From Hyalangium minutum (lineage in GTDB: Bacteria; Myxococcota; Myxococcia; Myxococcales; Myxococcaceae), in NCBI RefSeq assembly GCF_000737315.1, contig NZ_JMCB01000002.1:20001-268000 (forward strand): a stretch of 248,000 nucleotides of DNA. Direction: 5' to 3'. A program made the position numbers and the translations under genes. A model generated the notes under the pieces. It was not told the DNA's origin. It saw only the letters and a list, made by a program, of their open reading frames with translations, and did no database searches. The first letter of the stretch is position 1. Every line of letters starts with the position of its first letter. Positions 111,359 to 121,451 of the stretch are shown here, piece by piece.

Positions 111359-112953
111359 GGTACAGCGCGCGGCTGCTGCTCGCGGGGTGGGTGGTGCTCG
111401 GGGTGGGCTGTGCCCACAAGCTGCCGGGGCTCACTCCCGAGGTGTTCTCCGGTCTGCGCGAGCAGCCCGGGAACTACGTGGCGGGAAAGACGGTGGGGCT
111501 GTCGGATGGGCCGCTGCTCAACAACAAGGACTTCGTCTACACCATCGGCTTCTCGCCGGACAGCTCGCGCGTGGCGTACACGCACCTGGGGCCGAAGTTC
111601 TATGAGCTCGCGCTGTGGACGCTGGTCCCAGAGCCCAAGCTCGTGGCTGACAAGACCGTCAACCCCTACGAGTTCGACATCGAGGCCGTGAGCTTCTCTC
111701 CGGACGGCGGGCTGGTGGCCACGGCCGGGCGGGACGGCGCGGTGCGCCTCTTCGATGCCTCCACCAATGAACCCAAGGGACGGGTGCTGGCCGAGGAGCC
111801 CCTCACCGCCATGACCTTCCACCCGAGCGGCCGCTATGTGGTGGTGGGCAGCGCGAAGGGACTCATCTCCGTCTTCAGCGTGCCTCAGCTGGCCTTCGTC
111901 TATGAAGTCCGGGCCCACATGGGGCCGGTGAGCGCGCTGGCCTTCACGGCCGAGGGCGCGCTGTACAGCGGCAGCTGGGACAAGCACGTGCGCGCCTGGG
112001 AGTCTCGGGAGGAGGTGCTGCGCACGGATCAGGCCCGCGTCATCTTCGACAGGCGCGGCGGCTTCAGCGTGGTGCGCGGAGGCGTCAACGGCAAGGCGCA
112101 GGCCTCCTTCGCGCTGGACACGCGCGCCCCCGCCATCATCCTCAACACCGAGACGGCCACCCAGGCCGGCATCGACGTGGCCTTCCTGAAGGACACACTC
112201 ACGGTGCCCACGCCCCTGGGCAACACCGTGGCGAAGCTGGCGCGCGGCCAGTCCCTGCGCTTCAAGTCCCTGCCCGTGGAGAACGTGGACATCGCCATCT
112301 GCGACGTGTGCGTGCCCACGGGCGCTCAGGGCGTGCTGGGGACGCCCTTCCTCGAGCGCTTCGACGTCAGCTTCGATGAGTCCACCCATGAGGCGATCCT
112401 CACCTCGAAGGCGGGCGCCGTGCCGGGTGCGGAGGCGCAGGGCCTGGCGCTGAACCCGAAGAGCGACTTCGTCTTCGAGGGCCACGTCAACGACGTCACC
112501 GTGGATGCCAAGGGCCAGCGGCTGGGCGTGGCGTTCTCGGAGGAGAAGGCGGAGCGCTCGCGCACCGTCTACGAGCGCGAGAAGAACAAGGTCGTCGAGC
112601 CCCAGGCCCCCTTCAATGCGGGCGCGCTGGTGGACGCCGCCACGGGCCAGGTTCTCCAGAAGTGGCCCATCCACCACGGCGTGGTGTCCACGGCCAGCAT
112701 CTCTCCGGATGGGCGCTCACTGGCCTCGGGCGGCTGGGACAAGCGCCTGCTGCTGTTCACCGAGGGCAATGCCCAACCCCTGGATGAGCGTGAGTTCGGC
112801 TGGTCCGTGCGCCGGGTGCGCTTCAGCCCGGATGGGCGCTGGGTCGCCGTTGCCGCGTGGACGCCGCAGAACCCCATCGGAGACCAGGAGAGTGATCCGG
112901 CCGCGGCGCTCTTCGAGGTGGCCTACGAGCAGCCCTCGGTGGAGCGGCGCTGA
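111355..112953 (+). CDS. WD40 lipoprotein with inserted retropepsin-like domain
   Basis: WD repeats; FALDTRA...GVLGTPFL. Confidence 0.7.
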   Translation: MRYSARLLLAGWVVLGVGCAHKLPGLTPEVFSGLREQPGNYVAGKTVGLSDGPLLNNKDFVYTIGFSPDSSRVAYTHLGPKFYELALWTLVPEPKLVADKTVNPYEFDIEAVSFSPDGGLVATAGRDGAVRLFDASTNEPKGRVLAEEPLTAMTFHPSGRYVVVGSAKGLISVFSVPQLAFVYEVRAHMGPVSALAFTAEGALYSGSWDKHVRAWESREEVLRTDQARVIFDRRGGFSVVRGGVNGKAQASFALDTRAPAIILNTETATQAGIDVAFLKDTLTVPTPLGNTVAKLARGQSLRFKSLPVENVDIAICDVCVPTGAQGVLGTPFLERFDVSFDESTHEAILTSKAGAVPGAEAQGLALNPKSDFVFEGHVNDVTVDAKGQRLGVAFSEEKAERSRTVYEREKNKVVEPQAPFNAGALVDAATGQVLQKWPIHHGVVSTASISPDGRSLASGGWDKRLLLFTEGNAQPLDEREFGWSVRRVRFSPDGRWVAVAAWTPQNPIGDQESDPAAALFEVAYEQPSVERR

Positions 112954-113643
112954 CTAGAAGTTCTGGGAGATGGCGTGCGCGGGCAGCCCTCGGGCCAGCA
113001 GCGCCGAGATGACGCCCTGCACCATCTCCTTCTGGCCGCACACGAAGGCCCGGGTGCCCAGCGCGAGGGGCTCCTCCTTCAGGTGCGCCTGCACGTAGCC
113101 CGTGAGGCCCTGCCAGCCGCTGGCACCGGGCTGGCTCACCGTGGGCACCACGTGGATGTCGGCCTGCTCCCAGGTCTTGAAGTCTCGCGCGTACGCGAAC
113201 GCTCCGGGCGTGCGCGCGCCGAAGTACAGCGTCACCTTCCCGTAGGCCTCCCGCTCCTGGCGGATGCTCTCGATGACGGAGCGGATGGGCGAGATGCCCG
113301 AGCCGGTCGCGAACAGGAGCACATCCCTCTCCCGCGCCTGCTCCAGCGGGAAGCCGGGGCCCTCGGGACGGCTCACGTCCACCTGCTTGCCCAGGCCCAG
113401 GTGGACCAGCGCGTCCGTGAGGGGGCTGGTGGCCTTGACCAGCAAATCCCATTGCTCGGCCCCCGGCGGCGAGGCGAGGGCGAACAGGCCTTCCGTGGCG
113501 CCGGGCAGACGCAGATGGACATACTGTCCCGGCCTCTGGTGTGCCCCTCGCAGAGGAGTGCCCGAGAGGTCGAGCGTCAGATCGGTCAGCCCATCCGCCG
113601 CCGGCGAACAGGCCACCAGGGTGGCCGGGAACCATTCGGTCAT
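112954..113643 (-). CDS. FAD/NAD-binding oxidoreductase
   Basis: ATGSGISP, FVCG. Confidence 0.85.
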   Translation of the reverse strand: MTEWFPATLVACSPAADGLTDLTLDLSGTPLRGAHQRPGQYVHLRLPGATEGLFALASPPGAEQWDLLVKATSPLTDALVHLGLGKQVDVSRPEGPGFPLEQARERDVLLFATGSGISPIRSVIESIRQEREAYGKVTLYFGARTPGAFAYARDFKTWEQADIHVVPTVSQPGASGWQGLTGYVQAHLKEEPLALGTRAFVCGQKEMVQGVISALLARGLPAHAISQNF

Positions 113644-113692
113644 GTCTCTCCCGTTTTAACCCGCGAGCGCGTTTGGCGCCTCCCTGGTAGCC

Positions 113693-114481
113693 TTGGGGGC
113701 TGTGAAGGCCATCATCTGGATATCGCTTTTTATGCTGGGGCTGGGAGGGGTGCTCTTCCCGGCCTATTACCTCTACAAGGCGAGCAAGCTGCCCCCCATG
113801 GACAGCGAGTTCGAGATCGAGAAGCAGCTCAAGCACGCCATTGAAGGCGATCGCATGAGTCTGGTGTCCGGCATGTACGTGAAGCCGGACCGGTCCATCA
113901 CCTTCAACCGTCCGGACTTCACGCGGCTGCCCAAGGACCTGGTGGCCATCTACATCACCCAGATGGGGTGCCCGCAGTTCTTCCAGACGCCGCGCGAGGA
114001 CGGGTTCGCCTGGGCCTGGCGGCTCTTTGTCGGCGCCACCGTGGGTGGCCAGCCGCCGGGAGATGGCGGCTGTGAGCACATCCTCGCCTACCGGATCGCG
114101 TGGAAGCTGGGGGTGCGCGATGAGATGGAGCTGACGGTGGCCTCCAACAAGCTCCACGCCTTCCTCCAGAAGGATCAGCTCATCGCGTACGACCTGGCCA
114201 TCATCCAGTTCGAGCGCGGCGTGGTGGGCGTGGAGGACGCCGCCTACAAGCTCTTCGGCCGCGAGCTGGACAAGCTGTCGCTGGCGGAGCTCGGAGAGCT
114301 GCAGCTGGCCCTGCCGCCGTACGGCTACTACGACGACCTGAAGACCTGCCAGAACGCGGCCATCATGAAGCAGAACCGCGACCTCGTCCTGAAGTACACC
114401 GCCGGCGTGGAGCTGCTGGGCCGCGACAAGGTGAACAACGCCCTCGCCCAGCCGGTCTTCTGCACCCAGCGCAAGCAGTGA
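113693..114481 (+). CDS. transglycosylase-like domain protein
   Basis: GVVGVEDAAYKLFGRELDKLSLAE. Confidence 0.65.
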   Translation: MGAVKAIIWISLFMLGLGGVLFPAYYLYKASKLPPMDSEFEIEKQLKHAIEGDRMSLVSGMYVKPDRSITFNRPDFTRLPKDLVAIYITQMGCPQFFQTPREDGFAWAWRLFVGATVGGQPPGDGGCEHILAYRIAWKLGVRDEMELTVASNKLHAFLQKDQLIAYDLAIIQFERGVVGVEDAAYKLFGRELDKLSLAELGELQLALPPYGYYDDLKTCQNAAIMKQNRDLVLKYTAGVELLGRDKVNNALAQPVFCTQRKQ

Positions 114482-114499
114482 GGTGCCGCGCTCCGGCGC

Positions 114500-116551
114500 C
114501 TACTTGCGGTTGAGGTACGTCCGCTCGAAGTTGCTCATCATGAACTCGACGCTGCGGCGGTCGTCGGCGCTGTCGGCGGCGGCCGCGCCCTTGCGGATGC
114601 GGTCGAACATGTTGCGGGCGGACGAGGCGTCCTTGATTTGCCCCGACTTGATGAGCCCCTCCATGTCGCGCCGGAGGCGATCCACGCTGTTCAGCAGCTC
114701 CTGCTGAGCGGCGGAGCGGGTGTTGCCCGGGCGGGGCGTCGTCTTCACGGTGCCCGGCTTGGACGCCTCGGTCGGATCCACGGGCAGCTGCGGCGTGGGC
114801 GTCGTCTCGGGCGCGGGGGTGGGGTTCACCGGGGTGCCCGGGTTCGGCGTCGGAGGCGTGATGGCTTCGGTGGGGGTCGTCGCGACCGGGTTGGCCGGAG
114901 GCGTCACCGGCGGCGTGGGGTTCGGCTGCGTCGGCTGCGGAGGAGGCGTGACAGGCCCGGTCGGCGTGGCCACGACGGGAGGCGTGTTCACCGGAGTGTC
115001 CGTCCCACGGCTGCGGAACAGCAGCACGCCGACGGCTCCCAGCAGCACCGCGGCAGCCACTGCGATGGGCACCACGCGCTTGTTGGGCGAGGTGAGGCCC
115101 GCGGCGCGCTTCTCCGCGGGAGAGAGCTCGGGCGACGGCAGCGGAGCCGGCGGGGTGGCCTGGCGCGGCACCGGCTCCTCGGCCTTCGCGGCCATGGGGA
115201 CAGGAACGGGTTGCTCCCCGGTCATGGGCGCCAGGGACACCGGATCCGGCGGCGCGGGCACCGCCGGGACCTTCACCGAGTCGGAGATGACGACGACGGC
115301 GGAGACCTCTTCGGTGGACGGAGCCGAGGCGGCGGGGGCGGGCGTGGGCGTGAGGGCCCGGGCAGGAGCGATCTGGGCGGCCGCGGCGGCCTGGGCCCGC
115401 GTGGGCCGCAGCATGGTGCGGCGCAGGCGGTGGAGCTGCTGGCGCAGGGCATCCGCGGAGCTGGGGCGAGCCTCCGGATCCTTCGTCAGCATCTGCAGGA
115501 TGAAGGCATCCAGCGCGGGCGGCAGCTCGGGCACGAACTCCGAGGGCCGAGGCGGCCGCGCGTCCACGTGCTTCATCAGCAGGTCCACCGGCGAGGTGCC
115601 GATGAAGGGCAGCCGGCCGGTGACCATCTCGAAGGTGACGACGCCCATGGCGTACAGGTCCGTCATCGGACCCACGGCCTGGCCGCGGGCCTGCTCCGGC
115701 GCCATGTACTCCGGCGTGCCCACCACCATGTCCGTGCGCGTCTGCGCGGTGCGCGCGGCCGCGCCGCTCTGGCCCTGCTTGGCGAGACCGAAGTCCAGCA
115801 GCTTCACGTAGCGCGTGCCGCCCGGCTCGCGTACCAGGAAGATGTTGCTCGGCTTCAGGTCGCGGTGCACCACGCCCGCGCCGTGCGCGGCGCCCAGCGC
115901 GGCCAGCACCTCATCGAGGATGGAGAGCGCCTCGGTGGGCGGCAGCCGCCCCTTCTCCGCCAGATAGGCGTCGAGCGGCTGCCCATCCAGGAACTCCATG
116001 ACGATGTACTGCCGCCCGTCCGGCACCTGCCCGAAGCCGAAGATGTCGATGATGCCGCGGTGGCGGATGGCGTTGACGGCGCGGGCCTCGGCCAGCAGGC
116101 GAGCCACCTGCTCGGGGGCCTGCGCCAGCTCGGGCCGCAGCACCTTCACCGCCACGCGCTTGCCAATGAGTGGCTGGATGCCGTCGTACACGAAGCCCAT
116201 GCCGCCCACGCCGATGCGCGAGCGCAGCTCGTACTCCCCGAGCTTCATGCCGATCAGCGGATCTCTCGTGGGTGGCTCTTCTCCCCACATGGCGGCGGTG
116301 GCCGCAGCGGCCTGAGAGTCATCCGCGGTGGGGCTGCGAGGAGGTGCCTCCTCGCCCCAGGCGAATGGGGCCGAGCGCCCGCGAGAGGGAGGCTCTTCGC
116401 CCCACACGTTCCGACGATGATCGATCTGGGTGCTCTCTTCGTCGTCTCGGGCCATGAAGGACGAAAGGATGACCGTTCCGTCCCGTGGGCACACGCCGGC
116501 GCCAGGAGGGACTTCCAGACCACAGGTTTCACACGTGCGCGCGGAGGCCAT
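114500..116551 (-). CDS. Ser/Thr protein kinase with TM
   Basis: HRDLKPSN, DFG. Confidence 0.92.
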   Translation of the reverse strand: MASARTCETCGLEVPPGAGVCPRDGTVILSSFMARDDEESTQIDHRRNVWGEEPPSRGRSAPFAWGEEAPPRSPTADDSQAAAATAAMWGEEPPTRDPLIGMKLGEYELRSRIGVGGMGFVYDGIQPLIGKRVAVKVLRPELAQAPEQVARLLAEARAVNAIRHRGIIDIFGFGQVPDGRQYIVMEFLDGQPLDAYLAEKGRLPPTEALSILDEVLAALGAAHGAGVVHRDLKPSNIFLVREPGGTRYVKLLDFGLAKQGQSGAAARTAQTRTDMVVGTPEYMAPEQARGQAVGPMTDLYAMGVVTFEMVTGRLPFIGTSPVDLLMKHVDARPPRPSEFVPELPPALDAFILQMLTKDPEARPSSADALRQQLHRLRRTMLRPTRAQAAAAAQIAPARALTPTPAPAASAPSTEEVSAVVVISDSVKVPAVPAPPDPVSLAPMTGEQPVPVPMAAKAEEPVPRQATPPAPLPSPELSPAEKRAAGLTSPNKRVVPIAVAAAVLLGAVGVLLFRSRGTDTPVNTPPVVATPTGPVTPPPQPTQPNPTPPVTPPANPVATTPTEAITPPTPNPGTPVNPTPAPETTPTPQLPVDPTEASKPGTVKTTPRPGNTRSAAQQELLNSVDRLRRDMEGLIKSGQIKDASSARNMFDRIRKGAAAADSADDRRSVEFMMSNFERTYLNRK

Positions 116552-116701
116552 CGGGGAATTCAGGGCTCGCAGCCTAGCAGACTGCGGGACTGTCGCCGAT
116601 CTGTCGATTCCAGGAAAGCAGGGAAGCAGACAGGCGCCTCGGAGCGCCTCGCCAACCCCCGTGACGGGTAGATCGCCCTACCCACACGCAGCAGGAGAGG
116701 A

Positions 116702-118348
116702 TCAGGGGCAGCCTGGGGAGTTGAGCTGCTGCCCCGGCTGTCCGGCATTTCCCCCGGTACCCGGAGCTCCACCTACACCGCCGTCCCCGAGCACCATCGT
116801 CGCGCTGCCGGTGTAGGCGGCATTCGGGCCGCACCAGATGCCCACGGAGGGCCCGCCGCCACCGCCGCCGCCGGGGCCGCCCGGACCCCCATGGCCTCCG
116901 GGGCCACCCGGGCCGCCGTCTCCGCCATAGGAGTTGTAGGTGGCCGAGGTGTTGATGCCGCGCGCGCCGCCGATACCACCGGGGCCACCGCCGCCGCCAG
117001 GTCCGCCCTCGCCGCCCTTGCCACCCCGGCCGCCGCCGCGAGTGATGAGCGTCGAGTCTCCCTCGAAGGAGACGTTGGATTGGACCAGCAGCACGGCGAT
117101 GGAGGCGCCACCGCCACCGCCGCCGCCGCCAGCACCACCACCACATCCGCCGCCACCACCACCGCCACTTCCACCTCCCGAGGCGCCTTCGACAATCGGG
117201 GCCGACTCACGCTTGCACGAGCCACCACTGCCACCGCCGCCGCCACCGCTGCCAGGGGTGCCCGGGTCCCCGGAGCCGCCCTGCTGGTTGGCGACCCACT
117301 GGGTGCCAAGCAGCTCGCCCATGCCCGAGCCGCTGGAGCCCGGCGTGCCTGCGTTGCCCGGTTGGCCTGGCAGGCCCGGCCCGCCCGTGCCGGCCGTGCA
117401 GACGATCAGAGGAGGGGAGGTATTGGTGGAACCCGCTGCACCTCCGGCTCCGCCCTCGCCTCCCAAGGCCGTTGGATTGCCCTTCAGCCCTGCGAAGCCC
117501 GCCGAGGAGTTGCCTCCCTGGGCGCCGTTGTTGCCATCTCCGCCTGAGACGTTCACCCCATCGCAGAGGGTGAGGCCACCGGCGCCGTAGCTCCCCGCGT
117601 TGGCAACGCCACCATCGCCGCCGGGGTTGCCCACGCCGCCATCCAACCCCTGGCTCCCATTGGCCCCGAGGGTCCCCTGTGCTCCCAGACCCGCAATGAA
117701 GGTGCTGTAGCGCAGCCGGATGTCCTGCGAGTTGATGACCTGCAGGGCAATGGAGGCGGTGCCTGGGGCAGTCGCGTTGTCGGAGCGGACGGTGAGGTGA
117801 TCCAGCACCGCGGGTGAGCTCGGAGTGATGTCCTTGATGACCAGACCGATGGGACCGCCATCCAGGAAGCTGGTGAAGCTGTTGCTGCGATCCCAGTTGT
117901 TGTCGCGCCCGCCATAGGCGCCGTACAGCGAGATCTGGCTGTCGATGGTGAGCCCTGGTTCGTTGTAGGCGCCCTGCGCGAGGTACACGCGCTTGGGCGC
118001 GTTGGGCGCCTTCGTACGCTCGAGCGCCTCGCCGAGCGTCAGCAGTGGGTCCTCGGAGGTGCCCGCGCCGCCGGCCCTTCCGCGGATCGGATCCACGAAG
118101 ATGCCGCCGTCGGCCATGCCGTCCACGCCGTCGCAGTTGCGATCGCGGAATTCGTCATCGGGCTCGTCGTCATCGCCCTGGAACTGACAGGCCACGCCGC
118201 CATCCGGTTTGACACAGTTGCCGGTGGTCTCGCAGCGCTGCTTCGCCTCATCGAAGTTGAAGCAACCCACGGCGGCGAGCACGCCCACCAGCGATGCCCC
118301 GATCAGGCGGGGCTTCCACGTATTCAGCATAACGCTCCTCACGGCCAC
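116702..118348 (-). CDS. Gly-rich lipoprotein
   Basis: AVGC lipobox, DRNCDG, GGxGGxGG repeats. Confidence 0.75.
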   Translation of the reverse strand: MAVRSVMLNTWKPRLIGASLVGVLAAVGCFNFDEAKQRCETTGNCVKPDGGVACQFQGDDDEPDDEFRDRNCDGVDGMADGGIFVDPIRGRAGGAGTSEDPLLTLGEALERTKAPNAPKRVYLAQGAYNEPGLTIDSQISLYGAYGGRDNNWDRSNSFTSFLDGGPIGLVIKDITPSSPAVLDHLTVRSDNATAPGTASIALQVINSQDIRLRYSTFIAGLGAQGTLGANGSQGLDGGVGNPGGDGGVANAGSYGAGGLTLCDGVNVSGGDGNNGAQGGNSSAGFAGLKGNPTALGGEGGAGGAAGSTNTSPPLIVCTAGTGGPGLPGQPGNAGTPGSSGSGMGELLGTQWVANQQGGSGDPGTPGSGGGGGGSGGSCKRESAPIVEGASGGGSGGGGGGGCGGGAGGGGGGGGASIAVLLVQSNVSFEGDSTLITRGGGRGGKGGEGGPGGGGGPGGIGGARGINTSATYNSYGGDGGPGGPGGHGGPGGPGGGGGGGPSVGIWCGPNAAYTGSATMVLGDGGVGGAPGTGGNAGQPGQQLNSPGCP

Positions 118349-119340
118349 GTCCCGACCAGACCCACCATGCCCCCACCGGGGCCCACGGTGACAGTGGGCT
118401 GCACCGGCTTTTCATCTCCAGGGAACAGATAAAACACGCCCGCCGTCACGAGCGCGGCGGCGCCCACTCCAAAGGTGATGCGGCTCAGGTTCTGGGCGCT
118501 GCGCCCATCTCTGGCGAGCTCATCCGGGTTTCGGATGGGGCTGTCGGGGCTGCCGCCCGAGGAAAGCTCGTTGTACTTGCTCCGCGCCTTCAGGAAGAAG
118601 AACGTGCCCGCACCCGCGGAGGCCACGCCCACTGCGGCGGGCGCCCAGGCCCAGCGGCGCAGATTGGCCTTTGGAGCGGGCTTGGCCGGCACGGGCTCCA
118701 CCACCGGAGGCGGCTTCACCAGGGTGTCGCCCGGAGGTGGCTTCACCAGGGTGTCGCCCGGAGGCGGCTCGGTTCCGCCCGTCGGAGTCGAGGGGGTGGT
118801 GTCGGGAGGCGGCTGTGGAACTTCGGGCGGTGCCTGCGAGGGGCGCAGCTGTCGGATCAGCTGCGGTACCACCGCATCCAGGGACTGAGTGAGCGCGTCG
118901 AGCATTCCGTCCTCTCGGACCCCGGGAATGAGGTTCTCGGACACGAGCCCGCCATCGGATGTCTTGTAGATCTTCGTGCCCACGCGGTAGCCGTCCACGC
119001 GTTGCAGCAGCTCGGCCACCAACACCACGTCGCTCTTGGCCGCCTCGCCCAGCGCGGTGAGGCACCGCAGCTCCGTGCGCTTGCACTTCAAGAGCTGGCG
119101 GCGCTTGGCGGAGGACAGCTTGCGCATGAAGTCCTTCATCCGGATCACCGTGAGGCCCTTGGAGCGGGCCTGCTCGGCGACGTGCTCCTGGGCGAACTCC
119201 ACGACGTGCCCCGGCACGCCCGCTGTGTCCGCGGGGGCGATCAGCACGGTGATGGGCCCATCCGCGGCGGCGGGCGCCTGGTTGAGCAGGACGAAGGTGA
119301 GGAGAAGGGGTGTCAGCACGGGGGGTGACTTTCTCCTCAT
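118339..119340 (-). CDS. exported hypothetical protein
   Basis: Signal, Pro-rich linker, C-terminal TMs. Confidence 0.6.
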   Translation of the reverse strand: MRRKSPPVLTPLLLTFVLLNQAPAAADGPITVLIAPADTAGVPGHVVEFAQEHVAEQARSKGLTVIRMKDFMRKLSSAKRRQLLKCKRTELRCLTALGEAAKSDVVLVAELLQRVDGYRVGTKIYKTSDGGLVSENLIPGVREDGMLDALTQSLDAVVPQLIRQLRPSQAPPEVPQPPPDTTPSTPTGGTEPPPGDTLVKPPPGDTLVKPPPVVEPVPAKPAPKANLRRWAWAPAAVGVASAGAGTFFFLKARSKYNELSSGGSPDSPIRNPDELARDGRSAQNLSRITFGVGAAALVTAGVFYLFPGDEKPVQPTVTVGPGGGMVGLVGTWP

Positions 119341-119523
119341 GCTGCCACTCAAGCAAGACTGTGACTGCGCCCCAGGGCTCTCCCGGGCAAAGGCAGGCCC
119401 CAGGGCTGCCGCTCCCCGTTGTGCCCAGCCACTCTCCCTGTCCTGGAGGGCGGTAGGACACTGCCCTACTTATCTCTTGGGTTGGCTTCGCCTGGGAGCG
119501 GGCTTCGGGCCAAAAGGGCCGGT

Positions 119524-121374
119524 TCAGCGGCGCGGGCGGTCGGGCGGAGGAGCGCGGATTTGCGTCTTCTCGCTGTTTCCCGAGTTGGAGCCAGCATCAT
119601 CCTCCGCCTCGTCCTCGGGGGCCGGACGGGCGGTGGCGACAGGTGCCGGGCGGCGAGGAGGCACGCCAGCGGGGGGCCGGACGGCGGGGCTGGAGCCGGT
119701 GGTCGCCCGGTTGGGCACCCCTGCGGGCGCAGGCAAGGGGCGGCGGGGAGGGGCGGAGGCGGGACGAGAGGAGGCGGCCTCCGCGAGCAGATCCTCGGAG
119801 ATCTCCACCTTGGGTTCGTCCTTGGGAGGCATGCCCGAGTGGGTGGAGTCCTCCTGCGGCGCGCTGAGGTCATCCTCCTCGGCGGCGCGGGCGAAGGGGT
119901 TGCGGGTGGGCGGCGGCGTCTTGTCCTCGTCGGACAGGGCGTTCTGCGCGGGCCGAGGCGGGGGAGGGGACCGGGCCTGCGCCGAAGCGGGCGCCGGAGG
120001 CGGCTTCGCGGCGGACGTGGGAGCCGGCTTGGCCATGGAGGGCGGCAGGTTGGCGGGCACCTGCACCTGCGCGGCGGGTGCGGGCGGCAGGGCGGGTGCG
120101 GCGGGCTTGCCGTCCTTGGCGTGCTGCGCGTCCACCTGGAGCTTCTTCTCGAAGTCCTGCCACTGCTTCTTGTACTCGGAGGGATCCGGCCGGCCCTGCT
120201 CGCGGTGCTTCAGCGAGGGCGCCCAGCGCACCTCGTACGAAGAGCCCACCTGGAACGAGGGCGGAGGCGGCACGCCATAGGTGGCGGGGTCGAAGAAGGA
120301 CTCGTCCAGGTCCTGGAAGCCGTACGCGCGGGCCTTGGAGACGAAGGTGGGGACGATGCCGGTGGGCGCGTGGTAGCCGAGGATGTGGCCGTCCTCGTCC
120401 TTGGTCACCGGGGTGAAGACGAAGATGTCCTGGGTGCGGTAGTCGCCCTTCTCGTTGAGCGGGAGCACCTCGGAGAGGGCAATCGTCTTGCGGCTGCCGT
120501 CATGGAGACGCTCGCAGCAGACGATGAAGTTGATGGCGCTGGCCACCTGGGCGCGCACGGCGACCATGGGCAGCTCCACGGCGGACATGAGGCACAGCGA
120601 CTCGATGCGGCGCAGCGTGTCCGTGGGCGTGTTGGCGTGACAGGTGGCCAGCGAGCCGCCGTGGCCGGTGTTCATCGCCTGCACCAGGTAGAAGGCCTCG
120701 CCGCCGCGCACCTCGCCCACGACGATGCGGTCTGGGCGCAGACGCAGGGCCGAGTGCAGCAGGTCTCCCATGTCCACGCCGCCCTTGCCGAACTTGTCCG
120801 GCGGGCGGCTCTCGAAGGCCACCAGGTGCGACTGGTTGAGCTGGAGCTCCGCCGAGTCCTCGATGGTGAGGATGCGCTCCTCGTCCGGGATGAGCGAGGA
120901 GACGATGTTGAGCAGCGTCGTCTTTCCGGAGCCCGTACCGCCGGACACCAGCATGTTGAGCTTGGTGTGGATGCCCGCGTCGATGAGGCGCGCCATCTGC
121001 GGCGTCATCGACTTGTACTGGATGAGCGCGTCGATCGTCAGCTTGTCCTTGAAGAACTTGCGGATCGAGATGGTGGTGCCGCGCCGGGCGATGGGCGGAA
121101 TCACGACGTGGATACGGCTGCCGTCGGGCAGACGCGCGTCCAGGCGGGGGCGCTCGTCGCTGAGGATGCGGCCGACGAACTGCGCCATGTTGCGCGCGGC
121201 GCCCAGGAGGCCTTCCTCGGAGAAGACGGCGTCTGTTTTCGACAGGCGGCCCTTCTTCTCGATCCAGATGTCGGCCGGACCGTTGATCATGATCTCCGAG
121301 ACGGCGGGATCATCCAGGTACGGGAGGACCGGCTTGAGAAACGCCCGAAGCGACTCTGTGTACATCGAGGACAT
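119524..121374 (-). CDS. CpaF/TadA-family ATPase with Pro-rich tail
   Basis: GGTGSGKTT, TIEDSAE, LRPDRIVVGEVRG. Confidence 0.9.
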   Translation of the reverse strand: MSSMYTESLRAFLKPVLPYLDDPAVSEIMINGPADIWIEKKGRLSKTDAVFSEEGLLGAARNMAQFVGRILSDERPRLDARLPDGSRIHVVIPPIARRGTTISIRKFFKDKLTIDALIQYKSMTPQMARLIDAGIHTKLNMLVSGGTGSGKTTLLNIVSSLIPDEERILTIEDSAELQLNQSHLVAFESRPPDKFGKGGVDMGDLLHSALRLRPDRIVVGEVRGGEAFYLVQAMNTGHGGSLATCHANTPTDTLRRIESLCLMSAVELPMVAVRAQVASAINFIVCCERLHDGSRKTIALSEVLPLNEKGDYRTQDIFVFTPVTKDEDGHILGYHAPTGIVPTFVSKARAYGFQDLDESFFDPATYGVPPPPSFQVGSSYEVRWAPSLKHREQGRPDPSEYKKQWQDFEKKLQVDAQHAKDGKPAAPALPPAPAAQVQVPANLPPSMAKPAPTSAAKPPPAPASAQARSPPPPRPAQNALSDEDKTPPPTRNPFARAAEEDDLSAPQEDSTHSGMPPKDEPKVEISEDLLAEAASSRPASAPPRRPLPAPAGVPNRATTGSSPAVRPPAGVPPRRPAPVATARPAPEDEAEDDAGSNSGNSEKTQIRAPPPDRPRR

Positions 121375-121451
121375 GGCGGAGCAAGGCTAGCCCGAGCCGC
121401 GCCCTGAACCCAACATCCCGTGGTCGCTTCCCTGCCGAGGGGAGGGGCGGC

